Below are positions 19,656-29,978 of a stretch of 64,000 nt of DNA, piece after piece. Each line of letters starts with the position of its first letter. The first letter of the stretch is position 1. The stretch lies in contig OZ246948.1 of NCBI GenBank assembly GCA_965232155.1, forward strand, positions 341,698-405,697, in the 5' to 3' direction. The DNA comes from Thermodesulfobacteriota bacterium (lineage in GTDB: Bacteria > Desulfobacterota_D > UBA1144 > Nemesobacterales > Nemesobacteraceae). A program made the position numbers and the translations under genes. The notes below the pieces were generated by a model. It had not been told where the DNA came from. It saw nothing but the letters and a program-made list of their open reading frames with translations, and ran no database searches.

Positions 19656-20591
19656 ATGGTACAAAACCTAATAAACAACTTAAAGGAATACCATAACACC
19701 TACCACTTCCAGATAGAACAGCTACTGCTGTCCATTCTGATAGTAATAATCGTGATCTCCATCAGGAAGATCATGATCTCCATCATAACCAAGAACACAA
19801 ATGACCCCAAGACCATTTATTACTCCAAGCGGATTATCGGGTACAGCTCCACTTTTCTTCTCATATTAATTCTCTGCGGCATCTGGATAAAGGGCTTCGG
19901 CTCCATAGGAACCTACTTGGGTATAGCCAGCGCGGCTATCGCGTTAGCCCTTCATGAAACCATAGCCAACATCGCCGGCTGGTTCTTCATCCTCTGGAGA
20001 AAGCCTTTCGTAATAGGGGACCGCATACAGATAGGAGAAACCAAGGGAGACGTAGTAGACTTAAGACTGTTCCAGTTCAGTCTTGTCGAAATCGGAAACT
20101 GGGTTGAAGCGGAACAGAGCACGGGCAGGATCATACATGTTCCCAACAGCCACGTGCTGAAAGAAAGAACCGCGAACTACCACGGCGGATTCAGCTACAT
20201 ATGGAATGAAATACAGATTCTCGTAACGTTTGAGACCAACTGGAAAAAAACCCGCAGAATTCTTGAGAAGATAATGAATGAAAAAATCGAATCTTCGGCG
20301 AAGCAAACCGAAATCGAAATGCAACTGCGCCAAGCCGCAGAGAGATACATGATTCATTTCTCCAAGCTCACCCCGACAGTTTACATGTCGACAAAAGACA
20401 GCGGAGTACTGTTCTCAATCAGATATATGATAAACCCGAGGCAGAAAAGAGGCTCGGAGCAGTACCTGTGGGAAGCAATACTGGAGGAATTTGAAAAACA
20501 CTCCGACATCGAACTTGCATACCCGACGACGCGCTTTTATACCTATACGCAGGAAAGTCCGAATCCCGACAACACAGGCCCCGCTCCCTGA
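19656..20591 (+). CDS. Mechanosensitive ion channel (MscS family, small-conductance)
   Basis: Three N-terminal TM helices. Conserved MscS pore/beta-domain region IANIAGWFFILWRKPFVIGDRIQIGETKGDVVDLRLFQFSLVEIGN. Markedly lower GC than its neighbours. Confidence 0.75.
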   Translation: MVQNLINNLKEYHNTYHFQIEQLLLSILIVIIVISIRKIMISIITKNTNDPKTIYYSKRIIGYSSTFLLILILCGIWIKGFGSIGTYLGIASAAIALALHETIANIAGWFFILWRKPFVIGDRIQIGETKGDVVDLRLFQFSLVEIGNWVEAEQSTGRIIHVPNSHVLKERTANYHGGFSYIWNEIQILVTFETNWKKTRRILEKIMNEKIESSAKQTEIEMQLRQAAERYMIHFSKLTPTVYMSTKDSGVLFSIRYMINPRQKRGSEQYLWEAILEEFEKHSDIELAYPTTRFYTYTQESPNPDNTGPAP

Positions 20592-20609
20592 GCCGGAGTG
20601 AAGCTGGAC

Positions 20610-23282
20610 CTAAGGCAGCTTATCTGCGGAGACACCTTCTTCGGGCTTCACTATGGCGATGGCGGCCGCATCGGGATTTATGTATTTCCTGGCTACCCTC
20701 GCTACATCATCTGCAGTCACGGCAAGTATTTTCTCCGGGAACTTTGTGTATTCGTAAGTGCCTATTCCGTAAAGCTCGTCAAACCCAACAGTGGATGCCT
20801 GAGCGGAGTTTCTCTGAAGACCTATCTCGAAGCTTCCGACTATGTAATTTTTCGCTCTTTCAAGCTCCTGCTCCCCGACGCCCTCCAAGACAAGCTGGAG
20901 CTGTTCCTTTATCGCTCCGAGCGCCTCTTTTTCCTTCTGTGGCGCAGTTCCTATATAGACGCCGAAATAACCGCCTTCCATCCCCGGAACGTAAAACGAG
21001 GTAACAGAGTACGCGAGGCTTTTTTTGTCCCGAAGCTCAATGAAAAGTCTCCCTCCCTGTCCGGAAAGCACAGTATTGAGCACCTCGAACGCGTAGCGGT
21101 CCCGGCTTTTAAAACCCGGGGCATGATAACCCGCGATAATGTGGGTCTGGGCCTTCTCCTTTTCAAACTCGACGTTTTCCCTCGCTGCGGAAAGTGCGGA
21201 CTCACGAGGCGGGCGGATATTTTCGAAACTGGTTTTTTTCATGCCGCCGAACAGCTTTTCAAGAACGCCAAGGGTTTTCTCCGCATCAATGTCACCCGCA
21301 ACGGAGATAACCATGTTCTCGGGCCTTATGACTTTCTTGTAGAACTTCCTGACATCGGCCGAGGCAAACCCGGTTACGGTTTCCTCGGTTCCCAGAACGT
21401 TGAACCTGTAGGGATGCTCAAGAAAAAGGGTCCCGAGAAAATTTCTGACGGTCTTTCCCGTGAGGTTGTCCTTCTGCCTCTCCAAGGCGGCCAGAATTTC
21501 CCTTCTCTCTCTCTCCATTTCCTCATCGGAAAAAGAAGGATTAAGTATCACGTCTGAGAAGATATCCATTGCCCCTTCAAAATTCTCGCTTAAGGCTGAA
21601 AGAGTCACCCCGACGCTGTTTTTCCCAGAAAAGCCGTCAACCGTTCCCCCAAGCCCCTCTATCTGAGTGGCTATATCCTCCGCGGAGCGGATTGAGGTGC
21701 CGCGGGTGAACATCCCGGACATGAAGTTCGAAATTCCGTTTGTGTTTTCGTCCTCATACCTGAGACCGCCCAGAAACGCCGCTTGAACAGAGAAAAGGGG
21801 GACGGCGGGGTTTCGCTTCAAAAGAACCCGGATTCCGTTTGAAAGCTCGTATTTCTTAAATTCCGCCTGCGCCCGGGAAACTTTTTTCTTTTCTTTTTTC
21901 CGGGTCGCTTCGGGGAAAACAAGGGCTTTTTTTAAGCCCTGCTCAACTCCCTTGGTTTTGTTTTTCGGAAGCAGCACTCCCGCGGTGAGATTTCTCTGCT
22001 CCAGGTATTTTCTGGCCACGCGCAATATGTCTTCCGGGGTAACATTCCTCATCCTCTCAAGATAGAGGCGTTCGTAGCCATGGTCTCCCGTTTCAAGCTC
22101 AAAGTAACCAAGCTTTCTCGCCTGTCCCTGCATGGTCTCTTTGGCGCGGATGAAATCTCTTTCTATGTTAGTCTTGGCGCGGGCAAGCTCCTCGGCCCCG
22201 ACAAGTTCGTTTTTTATAAGCTCTATCTCCGCTACTATCTCCTTTGAGGCTTTCTCCACTTTACCGGGATCAAAAACTCCGCCCACAATGAAAAGACCGC
22301 TTTCCTTGAGGCTGTAAGCATAGGCGTATATGTCGTCCACGGTGGCGTTCTGCTCCTTTAGTTTTCTGTAGAGCCTAGAGCTTTCCCCGGTGCCGAGTAT
22401 GCCACTTATAACATCAAGAACAGGAGTATCGGCGTGGCTCGCCGAGGGGGTGTGAAAGGCAAAGCTGAAGTAACCCGTGTTTACGTCGCGGCCGATAACA
22501 AAGGTTTTCGTGCGTTTCTGCTCGGGCTCCGGAGGAAGTTCGCACTCGGGAGTTTTTCTTTTCTTTATTTTTCCGAAAGTCCGGGCCACCGCATCTTCTA
22601 TTCCGTCAGGATCAAAATCCCCGACCACAACGAGAATCATGTTGTCCGGGGAATACCACTTTCTGTAGAAATCCAGTATTCCATCTCTGGTGAAGCTCCC
22701 CACGCTCTGCTTGGTCCCTATTATGGGTCTTCCGTAGGGATGAACGCTGTAGGCCGTGGAGAAAAGCTTCTGGGTAAGCACCCTTGAGGGAGAATCCTCT
22801 GCCCTTCTTATTTCTTCCTGGACAACCTCAAGCTCTTTTTTAAGCTCTGTGGGGTCAAAAGTCGAGTTCTCCACGACGTCTGAGAGCAGGTCAAGAGCCA
22901 TTGGCAGAAAGCGCCGCGCGCTTACGATGTAGTAAACCGTCTCGTCAAAGGAGGTAAACGCGTTTATGTCTCCGCCCCCCGCCTCAACCATTCCGGCTAC
23001 CTCGCCGACACGTCTTCTTTCCGTACCCTTGAAAAGCATGTGCTCGTGCACATGCGCGAGACCGTACTCGCCCTCCACCTCGCAAGCGCTTCCGGTCTTC
23101 ACCCACACGTTAACGGCGACAACCGGGGAAGAGTCGTTTCTCTCAAGAAGCACGGTCATGCCGTTAGAAAGAGTGTATTTCGTTACTCCACCGACACCTG
23201 CAAAGGTCTGCGCGTTCAAACTCATAAGACTTGCTCCCGTAATCAGAATGAACAAAAAAAGTAATTTGAAAACCCCTTTCAT
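20610..23282 (-). CDS. Secreted two-module M16 family zinc peptidase (pitrilysin/insulinase-like)
   Basis: Signal peptide MKGVFKLLFLFILITGASLMSLNAQ. Inverted zinc motif HxxEH in GLAHVHEHMLFKGTE. About 890 aa with duplicated M16 halves. Start trimmed from the ORF-track Met to the signal-peptide Met. Confidence 0.8.
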   Translation of the reverse strand: MKGVFKLLFLFILITGASLMSLNAQTFAGVGGVTKYTLSNGMTVLLERNDSSPVVAVNVWVKTGSACEVEGEYGLAHVHEHMLFKGTERRRVGEVAGMVEAGGGDINAFTSFDETVYYIVSARRFLPMALDLLSDVVENSTFDPTELKKELEVVQEEIRRAEDSPSRVLTQKLFSTAYSVHPYGRPIIGTKQSVGSFTRDGILDFYRKWYSPDNMILVVVGDFDPDGIEDAVARTFGKIKKRKTPECELPPEPEQKRTKTFVIGRDVNTGYFSFAFHTPSASHADTPVLDVISGILGTGESSRLYRKLKEQNATVDDIYAYAYSLKESGLFIVGGVFDPGKVEKASKEIVAEIELIKNELVGAEELARAKTNIERDFIRAKETMQGQARKLGYFELETGDHGYERLYLERMRNVTPEDILRVARKYLEQRNLTAGVLLPKNKTKGVEQGLKKALVFPEATRKKEKKKVSRAQAEFKKYELSNGIRVLLKRNPAVPLFSVQAAFLGGLRYEDENTNGISNFMSGMFTRGTSIRSAEDIATQIEGLGGTVDGFSGKNSVGVTLSALSENFEGAMDIFSDVILNPSFSDEEMERERREILAALERQKDNLTGKTVRNFLGTLFLEHPYRFNVLGTEETVTGFASADVRKFYKKVIRPENMVISVAGDIDAEKTLGVLEKLFGGMKKTSFENIRPPRESALSAARENVEFEKEKAQTHIIAGYHAPGFKSRDRYAFEVLNTVLSGQGGRLFIELRDKKSLAYSVTSFYVPGMEGGYFGVYIGTAPQKEKEALGAIKEQLQLVLEGVGEQELERAKNYIVGSFEIGLQRNSAQASTVGFDELYGIGTYEYTKFPEKILAVTADDVARVARKYINPDAAAIAIVKPEEGVSADKLP

Positions 23283-23308
23283 CGACTCCACCCTCCAGAG
23301 GAAAAACC

Positions 23309-24142
23309 CTAGGATTCGTCGCCAGCCAGGGCTTCTAATTCTTTGTCCCGCGATGTCGCCTTCGCGACCAGCTTCCAGGCACACCGTCCAAGCTCAAGGA
23401 TAAAATAGCAGTAAGTTATAACAACCGCGACCACTCCGGGATTGGTAATAAGCGCCGCAATTATTATGGAGCCCGCGACAAGGGTGCTGAAGGGTCCGAA
23501 TCTGGCGATTCGGGGGAACTTCCTGTATGGAACCTCGCTAACCATAACAAGTCCCACGACAGGGACGAAGAAAAGATAAACAGATTTCATAAGAGGCGTG
23601 GCGATGATCTGAAACTCGGAGAGAAGAAGTATCGGAGATAGGATAAGTCCCGCGGCCATAGGACTCGGAAGACCCGTGAACATGCGCTTTTCCTTGGTTG
23701 TAAACTGTATGTTAAAACGCGCAAGTCTAAGCGCTGCGCAGACCACATAGAAAAGCATCGCCATCAGTCCCGGATTTCCGTATTCCGAAAGCCCCCAGAC
23801 GTAAAGAAGAACTGCCGGGGCAACCCCAAACGATACAAGATCGCAGAGTGAGTCATAGGACGCGCCGAAACGGCTCTCCGAGTTAAGAGCTCTAGCTATT
23901 CTGCCGTCAAGCATGTCGACAAGCACCGCCATGCCGATAAATCCTGATGCCCACCAGAAGCGATTGAAAAGCCACTCCTCGGAAACTGCGGCTGAGGCGC
24001 GGTCCCCGTGAATGGAAATCGAAATCACTATGGACGCAAGCCCGAACGCAAGTCCCACAGTTGTGAGCATGTTCGGCAGCAGGGGAATAAGTCTCCCCGG
24101 ACGGGGAGATCTTCTCCTTCTTTTTCTTCTCAAGTTAGCCAC
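23309..24142 (-). CDS. pssA: CDP-diacylglycerol--serine O-phosphatidyltransferase
   Basis: CDP-alcohol phosphatidyltransferase motif DMLDGRIAR...G...D..CD. Multiple TM helices. Confidence 0.8.
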   Translation of the reverse strand: MANLRRKRRRRSPRPGRLIPLLPNMLTTVGLAFGLASIVISISIHGDRASAAVSEEWLFNRFWWASGFIGMAVLVDMLDGRIARALNSESRFGASYDSLCDLVSFGVAPAVLLYVWGLSEYGNPGLMAMLFYVVCAALRLARFNIQFTTKEKRMFTGLPSPMAAGLILSPILLLSEFQIIATPLMKSVYLFFVPVVGLVMVSEVPYRKFPRIARFGPFSTLVAGSIIIAALITNPGVVAVVITYCYFILELGRCAWKLVAKATSRDKELEALAGDES

Positions 24143-24777
24143 GCTATAACCGTCCTGCCGGCCACGACTTTCTGCCCTACCTCAACACCCACCTTCACAT
24201 CCTCGGGCAGGTAGACATCCACTCTTGAACCAAACTTTATAATCCCGAATTTTTCCCCGATTTCCAATACGTCGCCGAATTTTGCGCGCGATATTATTCT
24301 CCTCGCGAGAAAACCGGCCACCTGGACTATAACCACCCGGACTCCGCCCTCGCACTCAATCAGGGTAGCGAGCCGCTCGTTGGCCTCGGACGAATCACCC
24401 TTGAAAGCCATTCTGAATTCCCCGGGGGAATAGGTGGTCCCGACGACCTTGCCCGAAACGGGAGATCTGTTTACATGGCAGTCGAAGATGGAGAGGAAAA
24501 TGCTTATTCTTCGGGTGTTCCGCTTAAGATAGCCATCTTCAAAGGTCTCTGAGATATCTATTACTTTTCCGTCCGCAGGACAGATCACGGAACCGGCATC
24601 AAGGGGAGGAAGCTCCCTTTCGGGGTCCCTGAAAAAAAAGACGAAAAAAGCGGTGAGCAGGAAAAACGCTAGGAATAAAGAGAAAGAACCCAGAAGTGCG
24701 AGGAGAATACAAAGCGCGGCTGAAACGTAAATCATGCCGAGCCCCTCGCTTGCGACCCTCACAAATCGAAAATTCAT
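24130..24777 (-). CDS. psd: Phosphatidylserine decarboxylase proenzyme (short archaeal-type)
   Basis: 215 aa. C-terminal GSRVD self-cleavage-type motif. Downstream of, and overlapping, pssA. Confidence 0.8.
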   Translation of the reverse strand: MNFRFVRVASEGLGMIYVSAALCILLALLGSFSLFLAFFLLTAFFVFFFRDPERELPPLDAGSVICPADGKVIDISETFEDGYLKRNTRRISIFLSIFDCHVNRSPVSGKVVGTTYSPGEFRMAFKGDSSEANERLATLIECEGGVRVVIVQVAGFLARRIISRAKFGDVLEIGEKFGIIKFGSRVDVYLPEDVKVGVEVGQKVVAGRTVIAWLT

Positions 24778-25793
24778 CAGTTCTTGTCTTTATCGACCAG
24801 TTTTTTCTGGAAGAGCGAGCTCATCATCCCCCTAAGCTCGGCGCCGACTTTTTCGATCGGATGTTCTTCGCCCTGTCTGAGAAGCGCATTATAGGAAGGC
24901 CTTCCGGCCTGGTTCTCAAGTATCCATTCCGAGGCGAACTGTCCGGACTGAATCTCCCCGATTATCTTTTTCATCTCCTGTTTTACGGAGTCGTTTATAA
25001 GCCTCGGGCCCCTGGTTATATCTCCGTACTTGGCCGTATCGCTCACCGAGTAACGCATGTTGGCTATTCCGCCCTCGTATATGAGGTCAACTATAAGTTT
25101 GACTTCGTGGCAGCACTCAAAATAAGCCATCTCGGGCGGATAACCGGCCTCGACAAGCGTCTCGTATCCGGCCAGGATAAGGGCCGTTAGCCCTCCGCAG
25201 AGAACTGACTGCTCCCCGAAAAGGTCGGTTTCCGTCTCGTCCTTGAAAGTCGTCTCTATAACTCCCGCCCTTGAGCATCCGATGGCCCTGGCGTAAGCAA
25301 GAGCAAGATCCTTGGCATCTCCCGTCGGGTTCTGGTGAACGGCCACGAGTCCCGGCACACCGGCTCCCCCGACGTACTGGTCCCTCACCGTGTGCCCTGG
25401 GGCCTTGGGGGCGACCATGAACACGTCCACGCCCGCGGAAGGTCTGATCTGTCCGTAGTGAATATTGAAACCGTGACTGAACATAAGCGCGTTTCCGGCA
25501 ACCAGGTTCTTTTCCACCTGCTCATGGTATATCGCCGGCTGGTAAGTGTCCGGAGCCAGCATAACCACTATGTCCGCGGATTTGGAAGCGGCGGAAACCG
25601 ACTTCACGTTAAAACCGGCTTCCTTTGCCTTTTTCCAGTTTGCGCTGTCCTTAATGTCCGCGACCGTGACCGAGACTCCGCTGTCTCTTAGGTTCTGGGC
25701 ATGGGCGTGGCCCTGGCTTCCGTAGCCTATGATCGCAATCTTCTTTTTCTTAAGCCTGGACGGATCAATATCCTCATCGTAGTAAACTTTCAC
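24777..25793 (-). CDS. ilvC: Ketol-acid reductoisomerase
   Basis: [21 protein letters not shown] Rossmann motif. 338 aa. Confidence 0.95.
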   Translation of the reverse strand: MKVYYDEDIDPSRLKKKKIAIIGYGSQGHAHAQNLRDSGVSVTVADIKDSANWKKAKEAGFNVKSVSAASKSADIVVMLAPDTYQPAIYHEQVEKNLVAGNALMFSHGFNIHYGQIRPSAGVDVFMVAPKAPGHTVRDQYVGGAGVPGLVAVHQNPTGDAKDLALAYARAIGCSRAGVIETTFKDETETDLFGEQSVLCGGLTALILAGYETLVEAGYPPEMAYFECCHEVKLIVDLIYEGGIANMRYSVSDTAKYGDITRGPRLINDSVKQEMKKIIGEIQSGQFASEWILENQAGRPSYNALLRQGEEHPIEKVGAELRGMMSSLFQKKLVDKDKN

Positions 25794-25808
25794 CGGTTAT
25801 ATCCTCCT

Positions 25809-26303
25809 TTACTTGCTCTTCTTGCTCGCCCGGGACATGGCGACGGTTCCCGTTCTCGCGATTTCCTTTATCCCGAAAGGTCTTTGAAGTTCGACGAACG
25901 CCTGGATCTTCTGTTCATCCCCGGTAACCTCGAACGTGTAGGATCTCGGAGACACGTCGACGACCTTGGCCCGGAATATGTCGGCGACCCGCAGAATTTC
26001 CGGCTTGGAATCAGCCTTCGCATCGACCTTGATGAGAATCATCTCTCTTTCCACGCGGTCAAGTTCGGTCATGTCGACAACCTTGATCACGTTGACCATG
26101 TTGTTGAACCTTTTTATTATCTGCTGAATTATGGCTTCGTCGCCGGTTGTGACTAGAGTTATTCTGGACGTCCCCGGCTCCTGGGTTTCCGCGACGTTAA
26201 GACTCTCTATGTTGAAATCCCTCGCGCTGAAAAGCCCCGCGATTCTTGAGAGTACTCCGGCTTCATTGTCTACCGTTATGGATATCGTGTGTCTCGATTT
26301 CAT
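25809..26303 (-). CDS. ilvN: Acetolactate synthase small (regulatory) subunit
   Basis: ACT domain. HTISITVDNEAGVLSRIAGLFSARDFNIESL. Confidence 0.85.
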   Translation of the reverse strand: MKSRHTISITVDNEAGVLSRIAGLFSARDFNIESLNVAETQEPGTSRITLVTTGDEAIIQQIIKRFNNMVNVIKVVDMTELDRVEREMILIKVDAKADSKPEILRVADIFRAKVVDVSPRSYTFEVTGDEQKIQAFVELQRPFGIKEIARTGTVAMSRASKKSK

Positions 26304-26395
26304 GGAACCTCCAAAGTGGTAAAAATTATCAGGAAAGCGGAATTATACCGAATCCCCGAGAAATGTTAATACCCGCCAGCCGCCTCCAAGGCTCC

Positions 26396-26716
26396 TCAGC
26401 CTCCGGCTTCTCCCTTGAGAATATCCCCCAGTTCCCCGTTTACGTGCATGTCGGTGCATATATCGCATCCGCCTATGAAATTGCCGTTAACGTAGAGCTG
26501 CGGAAGGGTCGGCCACTGCGAGTAGTCCTTTATCCCTTGGCGTATCTCCGGGTCCGAAAGAACGTCGACGGTTTCGTAATCCACCCCGTAATGGTTGAGA
26601 ATGCTTACCACCTGAGCTGAAAAACCGCACTGCGGCGCATCCTTCGACCCCTTCATGTAAAGGATAATAGGATTCTCCTCGACCTGACGCCCTATTTTTT
26701 TCTGTATATCTGCCAT
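26396..26716 (-). CDS. grxD: Monothiol glutaredoxin (Grx4/GrxD family)
   Basis: CGFS active site within PQCGFSAQ. 106 aa. Confidence 0.85.
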   Translation of the reverse strand: MADIQKKIGRQVEENPIILYMKGSKDAPQCGFSAQVVSILNHYGVDYETVDVLSDPEIRQGIKDYSQWPTLPQLYVNGNFIGGCDICTDMHVNGELGDILKGEAGG

Positions 26717-26732
26717 TGCCCCGCTCCTTACT

Positions 26733-26975
26733 TTACTTTTTAAGCTTCTCCCACTGATCGTCCGTGTAGGTTTTTATCGAGATGGCGTGAATCTCGGATT
26801 CCATGGCGTCTCCAAGCGCCGCATAAACAAGCTTGTGACGCTCAATAGGCGGTTTGCCCCTGAACTGTTCGGACACGACGACCGCCTGAAAATGCGTCCC
26901 GTCCCCCTCGACCTCGACAAACGACGTCTGAATACCCCGTTCTATCATCTCGCGAATCCGTTGCGTTTCCATCAC
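26733..26975 (-). CDS. bolA: BolA family protein
   Basis: 80 aa with the BolA fold motif GDGTHFQAVVVSEQFRGK...RHKLVY. Forms the classic bolA-grxD pair. Confidence 0.8.
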   Translation of the reverse strand: MMETQRIREMIERGIQTSFVEVEGDGTHFQAVVVSEQFRGKPPIERHKLVYAALGDAMESEIHAISIKTYTDDQWEKLKK

Positions 26976-27096
26976 AGCGGGGAATTATATACGCATATAA
27001 GCGCGTTTCCAAGAAAAGGAGCCCGCAAGGTCCCTTGCAAAAATTCCCGGCTGTTTTATCTTTAAATGTGCCCGAAAAAAGAGGTCCCAGATACAG

Positions 27097-27540
27097 ATGA
27101 AAGTAAGAGAGATAATGAGCAGCCCCGTGGTCACAGCCAATGAGAACGACTCGCTTGAGCAGTGCGCGCGCCGGATGATTGAGCTGAGGATCAACCAGCT
27201 TCCAGTGGTAAACAACGACGGAATGCTCACGGGATTCATCTCCGCAAGCGACTTTATCGCCAAAAAAACCACCGTCTCCTTCTCGAGAACCGAAATCCTC
27301 GAACTCTTCGGACAGTGGTTTGACCAGGAAGAAATCGAAAAGATATACGAGGATGCCGGGCGGACCACCGTGAAGGAAGTAATGAGCAGCCCCGCCATAT
27401 CCATCGACTCGGACGCGTCGGTAAAAGAGGTGTTCGAGGAATTGGCCGGAACTGGCTTCCACAGCGTTGTCGTGGTCGAGGAGGAAAAACCCGTGGGAGT
27501 TGTCTCGGTATCCGATTTTCTGAAACTGATCGTAAGATAA
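27097..27540 (+). CDS. CBS domain pair protein
   Basis: Two CBS repeats: VREIMSSPVVTANENDSL and VKEVMSSPAISIDSDASV. Confidence 0.7.
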   Translation: MKVREIMSSPVVTANENDSLEQCARRMIELRINQLPVVNNDGMLTGFISASDFIAKKTTVSFSRTEILELFGQWFDQEEIEKIYEDAGRTTVKEVMSSPAISIDSDASVKEVFEELAGTGFHSVVVVEEEKPVGVVSVSDFLKLIVR

Positions 27541-27565
27541 TCTGCCTTCGACCCGCCTTGCCATC

Positions 27566-27934
27566 ATGAAAAGCTTCGGAGTTTCAAAGGAAAAACAGAT
27601 GGCTCTTCGGCGGGAAATGGAGCGTCTTGGCATAAGGGAAGAAGATATTGAGGAGACTTTCACGAGATCTTCCGGACCCGGCGGACAGAACGTAAACAAG
27701 TTGTCCACCTGCGTTCATCTGCGACACCGCCCAAGCGGCATTAGCGTGAAGGTTATGAGAGAGCGTTCCCAGGCGCTTAACAGATTTCTCGCAAGGAGAA
27801 GCCTCGCTGAGAAAATCGCGACGCAGATCCATGGAGAAGACTCAGCGGAAAGAAAAAAAGCACAGAAAATAATAAAACAGAAAAAAAGAAGGAAAAGAAA
27901 GACTGTGAAGAAACTCGCCGGGAACACCCGGTGA
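27566..27934 (+). CDS. arfB: Alternative ribosome-rescue factor ArfB (peptidyl-tRNA hydrolase, GGQ domain)
   Basis: GGQ motif in SSGPGGQNVNK. Basic C-terminal tail KKRRKRKTVKK. Confidence 0.75.
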   Translation: MKSFGVSKEKQMALRREMERLGIREEDIEETFTRSSGPGGQNVNKLSTCVHLRHRPSGISVKVMRERSQALNRFLARRSLAEKIATQIHGEDSAERKKAQKIIKQKKRRKRKTVKKLAGNTR

Positions 27935-27959
27935 TAAACCGCCAACTGTAGAGTGCTTA

Positions 27960-28502
27960 ATGAAAAAGGTCGTTGACTCCAAGTGCAATGCCGGGTTGCT
28001 CTCTCAATTGTTGTGCTTAACGCTTGTTTTGCTGCTCTGCACGGCGTCGGCGGAAGCCGACACCCTGACCGGAAAGCCTTACGTAACAGACGGCGACACG
28101 GTCAAAATTTCCGGGGAACGGATCAGGCTCGAAGGCATTGACGCGCCGGAGAGAAACCAGCGCTGCAAAAACGGCTCTGGAAAAAGCTATGACTGCGGGA
28201 TTGTTTCAACCGCGGCTCTTAGAAATAAAATAGGGAGCAATCCCATTACGTGCGAGGGAACAAAGCGCGACCGCTACGGACGCTTTCTCGGTATCTGCTA
28301 CCTAAACGGGATTGACTTAAACGGCTGGATGGTTCGAAACGGCCACGCGCTCGCATACAGGAAATACTCACGCCGTTACGTCTCCGCTGAGCAGGAGGCA
28401 CGCGAAAACAGCCGCGGCCTGTGGACCGGGGAATTCGTCGCGCCCTGGAGCTGGCGAAAGGGTGAACGGCTTACGACCGCTTCTCCAAATCCCGGCAAGT
28501 GA
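27960..28502 (+). CDS. Secreted thermonuclease (SNase-like) family nuclease
   Basis: Signal peptide. SNase motifs DGDTVKISGERIRLEGIDAPE and RDRYGRFLGICYLNGIDLNGWMVRNGHALAY. Confidence 0.75.
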   Translation: MKKVVDSKCNAGLLSQLLCLTLVLLLCTASAEADTLTGKPYVTDGDTVKISGERIRLEGIDAPERNQRCKNGSGKSYDCGIVSTAALRNKIGSNPITCEGTKRDRYGRFLGICYLNGIDLNGWMVRNGHALAYRKYSRRYVSAEQEARENSRGLWTGEFVAPWSWRKGERLTTASPNPGK

Positions 28503-28552
28503 ACCAAGAGCAAGTTGTTGAAAAATCAGGAGTTCGTGTCATTTTTACCTAA

Positions 28553-29833
28553 ATGGAAAGCGAAACAGCAGGTTCCCCTGAGGAAGGCCGTGGATTCTCC
28601 GAAGACTGGGTGGTTTTCGGACCGGCTTTCATCCTTATTGCTCTCGGGCTTCTTTTTCCCCATCTTTCTCTTCCGAAGTTTTCGTGGACCCCAGATTCTG
28701 TAGGCAATATACTAAGCGCGGAGAACATATCTCTTTCCCTCTCGCTGGGAGTGATATTTTTATTTTTTTCAAGCTTCGGCGTTCGTATGATGGGTGGGTC
28801 GGTCGCCCGCTACGCCGTGGGTTTCCCATTAGTGTTTGCCCTGGCATGGGCGTCTAAGTTCCTTGCCGGAAACGCAACGGCCAAGGAATGGGGAATAAGC
28901 TACGTCATCTTCGCCCTTTTTATCGGAATGTTTGTCGGCAATGTTTTTCCCAACCGCTTCCGAGAAGCGGTCCGCACCGAGTACTACATTAAGATCGGCC
29001 TTATAATCCTGGGCTCCAGCATCCTGTTCGGCAAGATACTCTCCGCTGGGTTGGCGGGAATTCTGCAGGCTCTGCTAGTAGTCCTTGTCATCTGGTATGC
29101 CTGCTATTGGATCTGCAGAAAACTCGCCGTGGATTCCGAGTTCGCCGCCATGCTCTCCACGGCCGTTTCCATCTGCGGAGTTTCGGCCGCCATTGCGGCC
29201 TGCGGAGCCATAGGAGGAGACAGAAAGAAACTCTCCTACGTAACTTCTCTCGTCCTCATAGTGGCCGTTCCCATGATGCTGATCATGCCTTGGGCAATAG
29301 AGCATTTCCAGATTCCAGCGATGATAGGAGGAGCCTGGGTCGGAGGAACAATTGATACCACCGGAGCCGTGGTAGCCGCCGGGGAACTGGTGGGAGAATC
29401 GGCTATGAACGCCGCCGTTGTGGTGAAGTTCTCACAGAACGCGATGCTGGGTCTGGCAGCTTTCGCTCTTTCTCTTTGGTGGACGTTTCGCCAAGGTGCG
29501 GATGAAGGGGTAAAGCCGTCGGTCGGGGTCATCTGGGAGCGTTTTCCAAAGTTTATTCTGGGATTCATGGCGGCATCGCTTCTTTTTTCCTTCGTAGTTG
29601 GAGACGATCTTGTTTCGCAGACCAAAGGACTTATGAAGGGGCTTCGCAGCTGGTGGTTCGCCCTCGCATTTGTCTGCATAGGCCTTGAAACCCGGTTCTC
29701 CACCCTGGTAAGCATGGAAGAAGGCCGTCCCGCCTACGCGTTTCTCATAGCTCAGGGAATAAACGTCATCTGGACGCTGATCGTAGCCTGGATTCTTTTC
29801 GGCGGCCTCTTATTCCCCGCTCCCGTTCTATAA
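28553..29833 (+). CDS. YeiH/UPF0324 family polytopic inner-membrane protein (putative exporter)
   Basis: 426 aa with about 10-11 TM helices. Glycine-rich TM motifs consistent with the YeiH family. Confidence 0.6.
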   Translation: MESETAGSPEEGRGFSEDWVVFGPAFILIALGLLFPHLSLPKFSWTPDSVGNILSAENISLSLSLGVIFLFFSSFGVRMMGGSVARYAVGFPLVFALAWASKFLAGNATAKEWGISYVIFALFIGMFVGNVFPNRFREAVRTEYYIKIGLIILGSSILFGKILSAGLAGILQALLVVLVIWYACYWICRKLAVDSEFAAMLSTAVSICGVSAAIAACGAIGGDRKKLSYVTSLVLIVAVPMMLIMPWAIEHFQIPAMIGGAWVGGTIDTTGAVVAAGELVGESAMNAAVVVKFSQNAMLGLAAFALSLWWTFRQGADEGVKPSVGVIWERFPKFILGFMAASLLFSFVVGDDLVSQTKGLMKGLRSWWFALAFVCIGLETRFSTLVSMEEGRPAYAFLIAQGINVIWTLIVAWILFGGLLFPAPVL

Positions 29834-29978
29834 AGGTACTTTGATCATAACGCGAGTCCCTAGGATGTCCGCCACTTGTTAAGTTCTCGGCGCTATCGAC
29901 AGTATGGCTCCCGTTATTGCCAAACCCGCAAAGCCAAGTACCTTAATTGCAGCAAACATTCCACAGGAGTTCGCAACA

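Noticed and set aside
26842-27708. 288-aa minus-strand ORF overlapping the bolA / CBS / arfB region
   Set aside because: Overlaps three well-supported genes on both strands, has no motifs, and gives an implausible gene arrangement.
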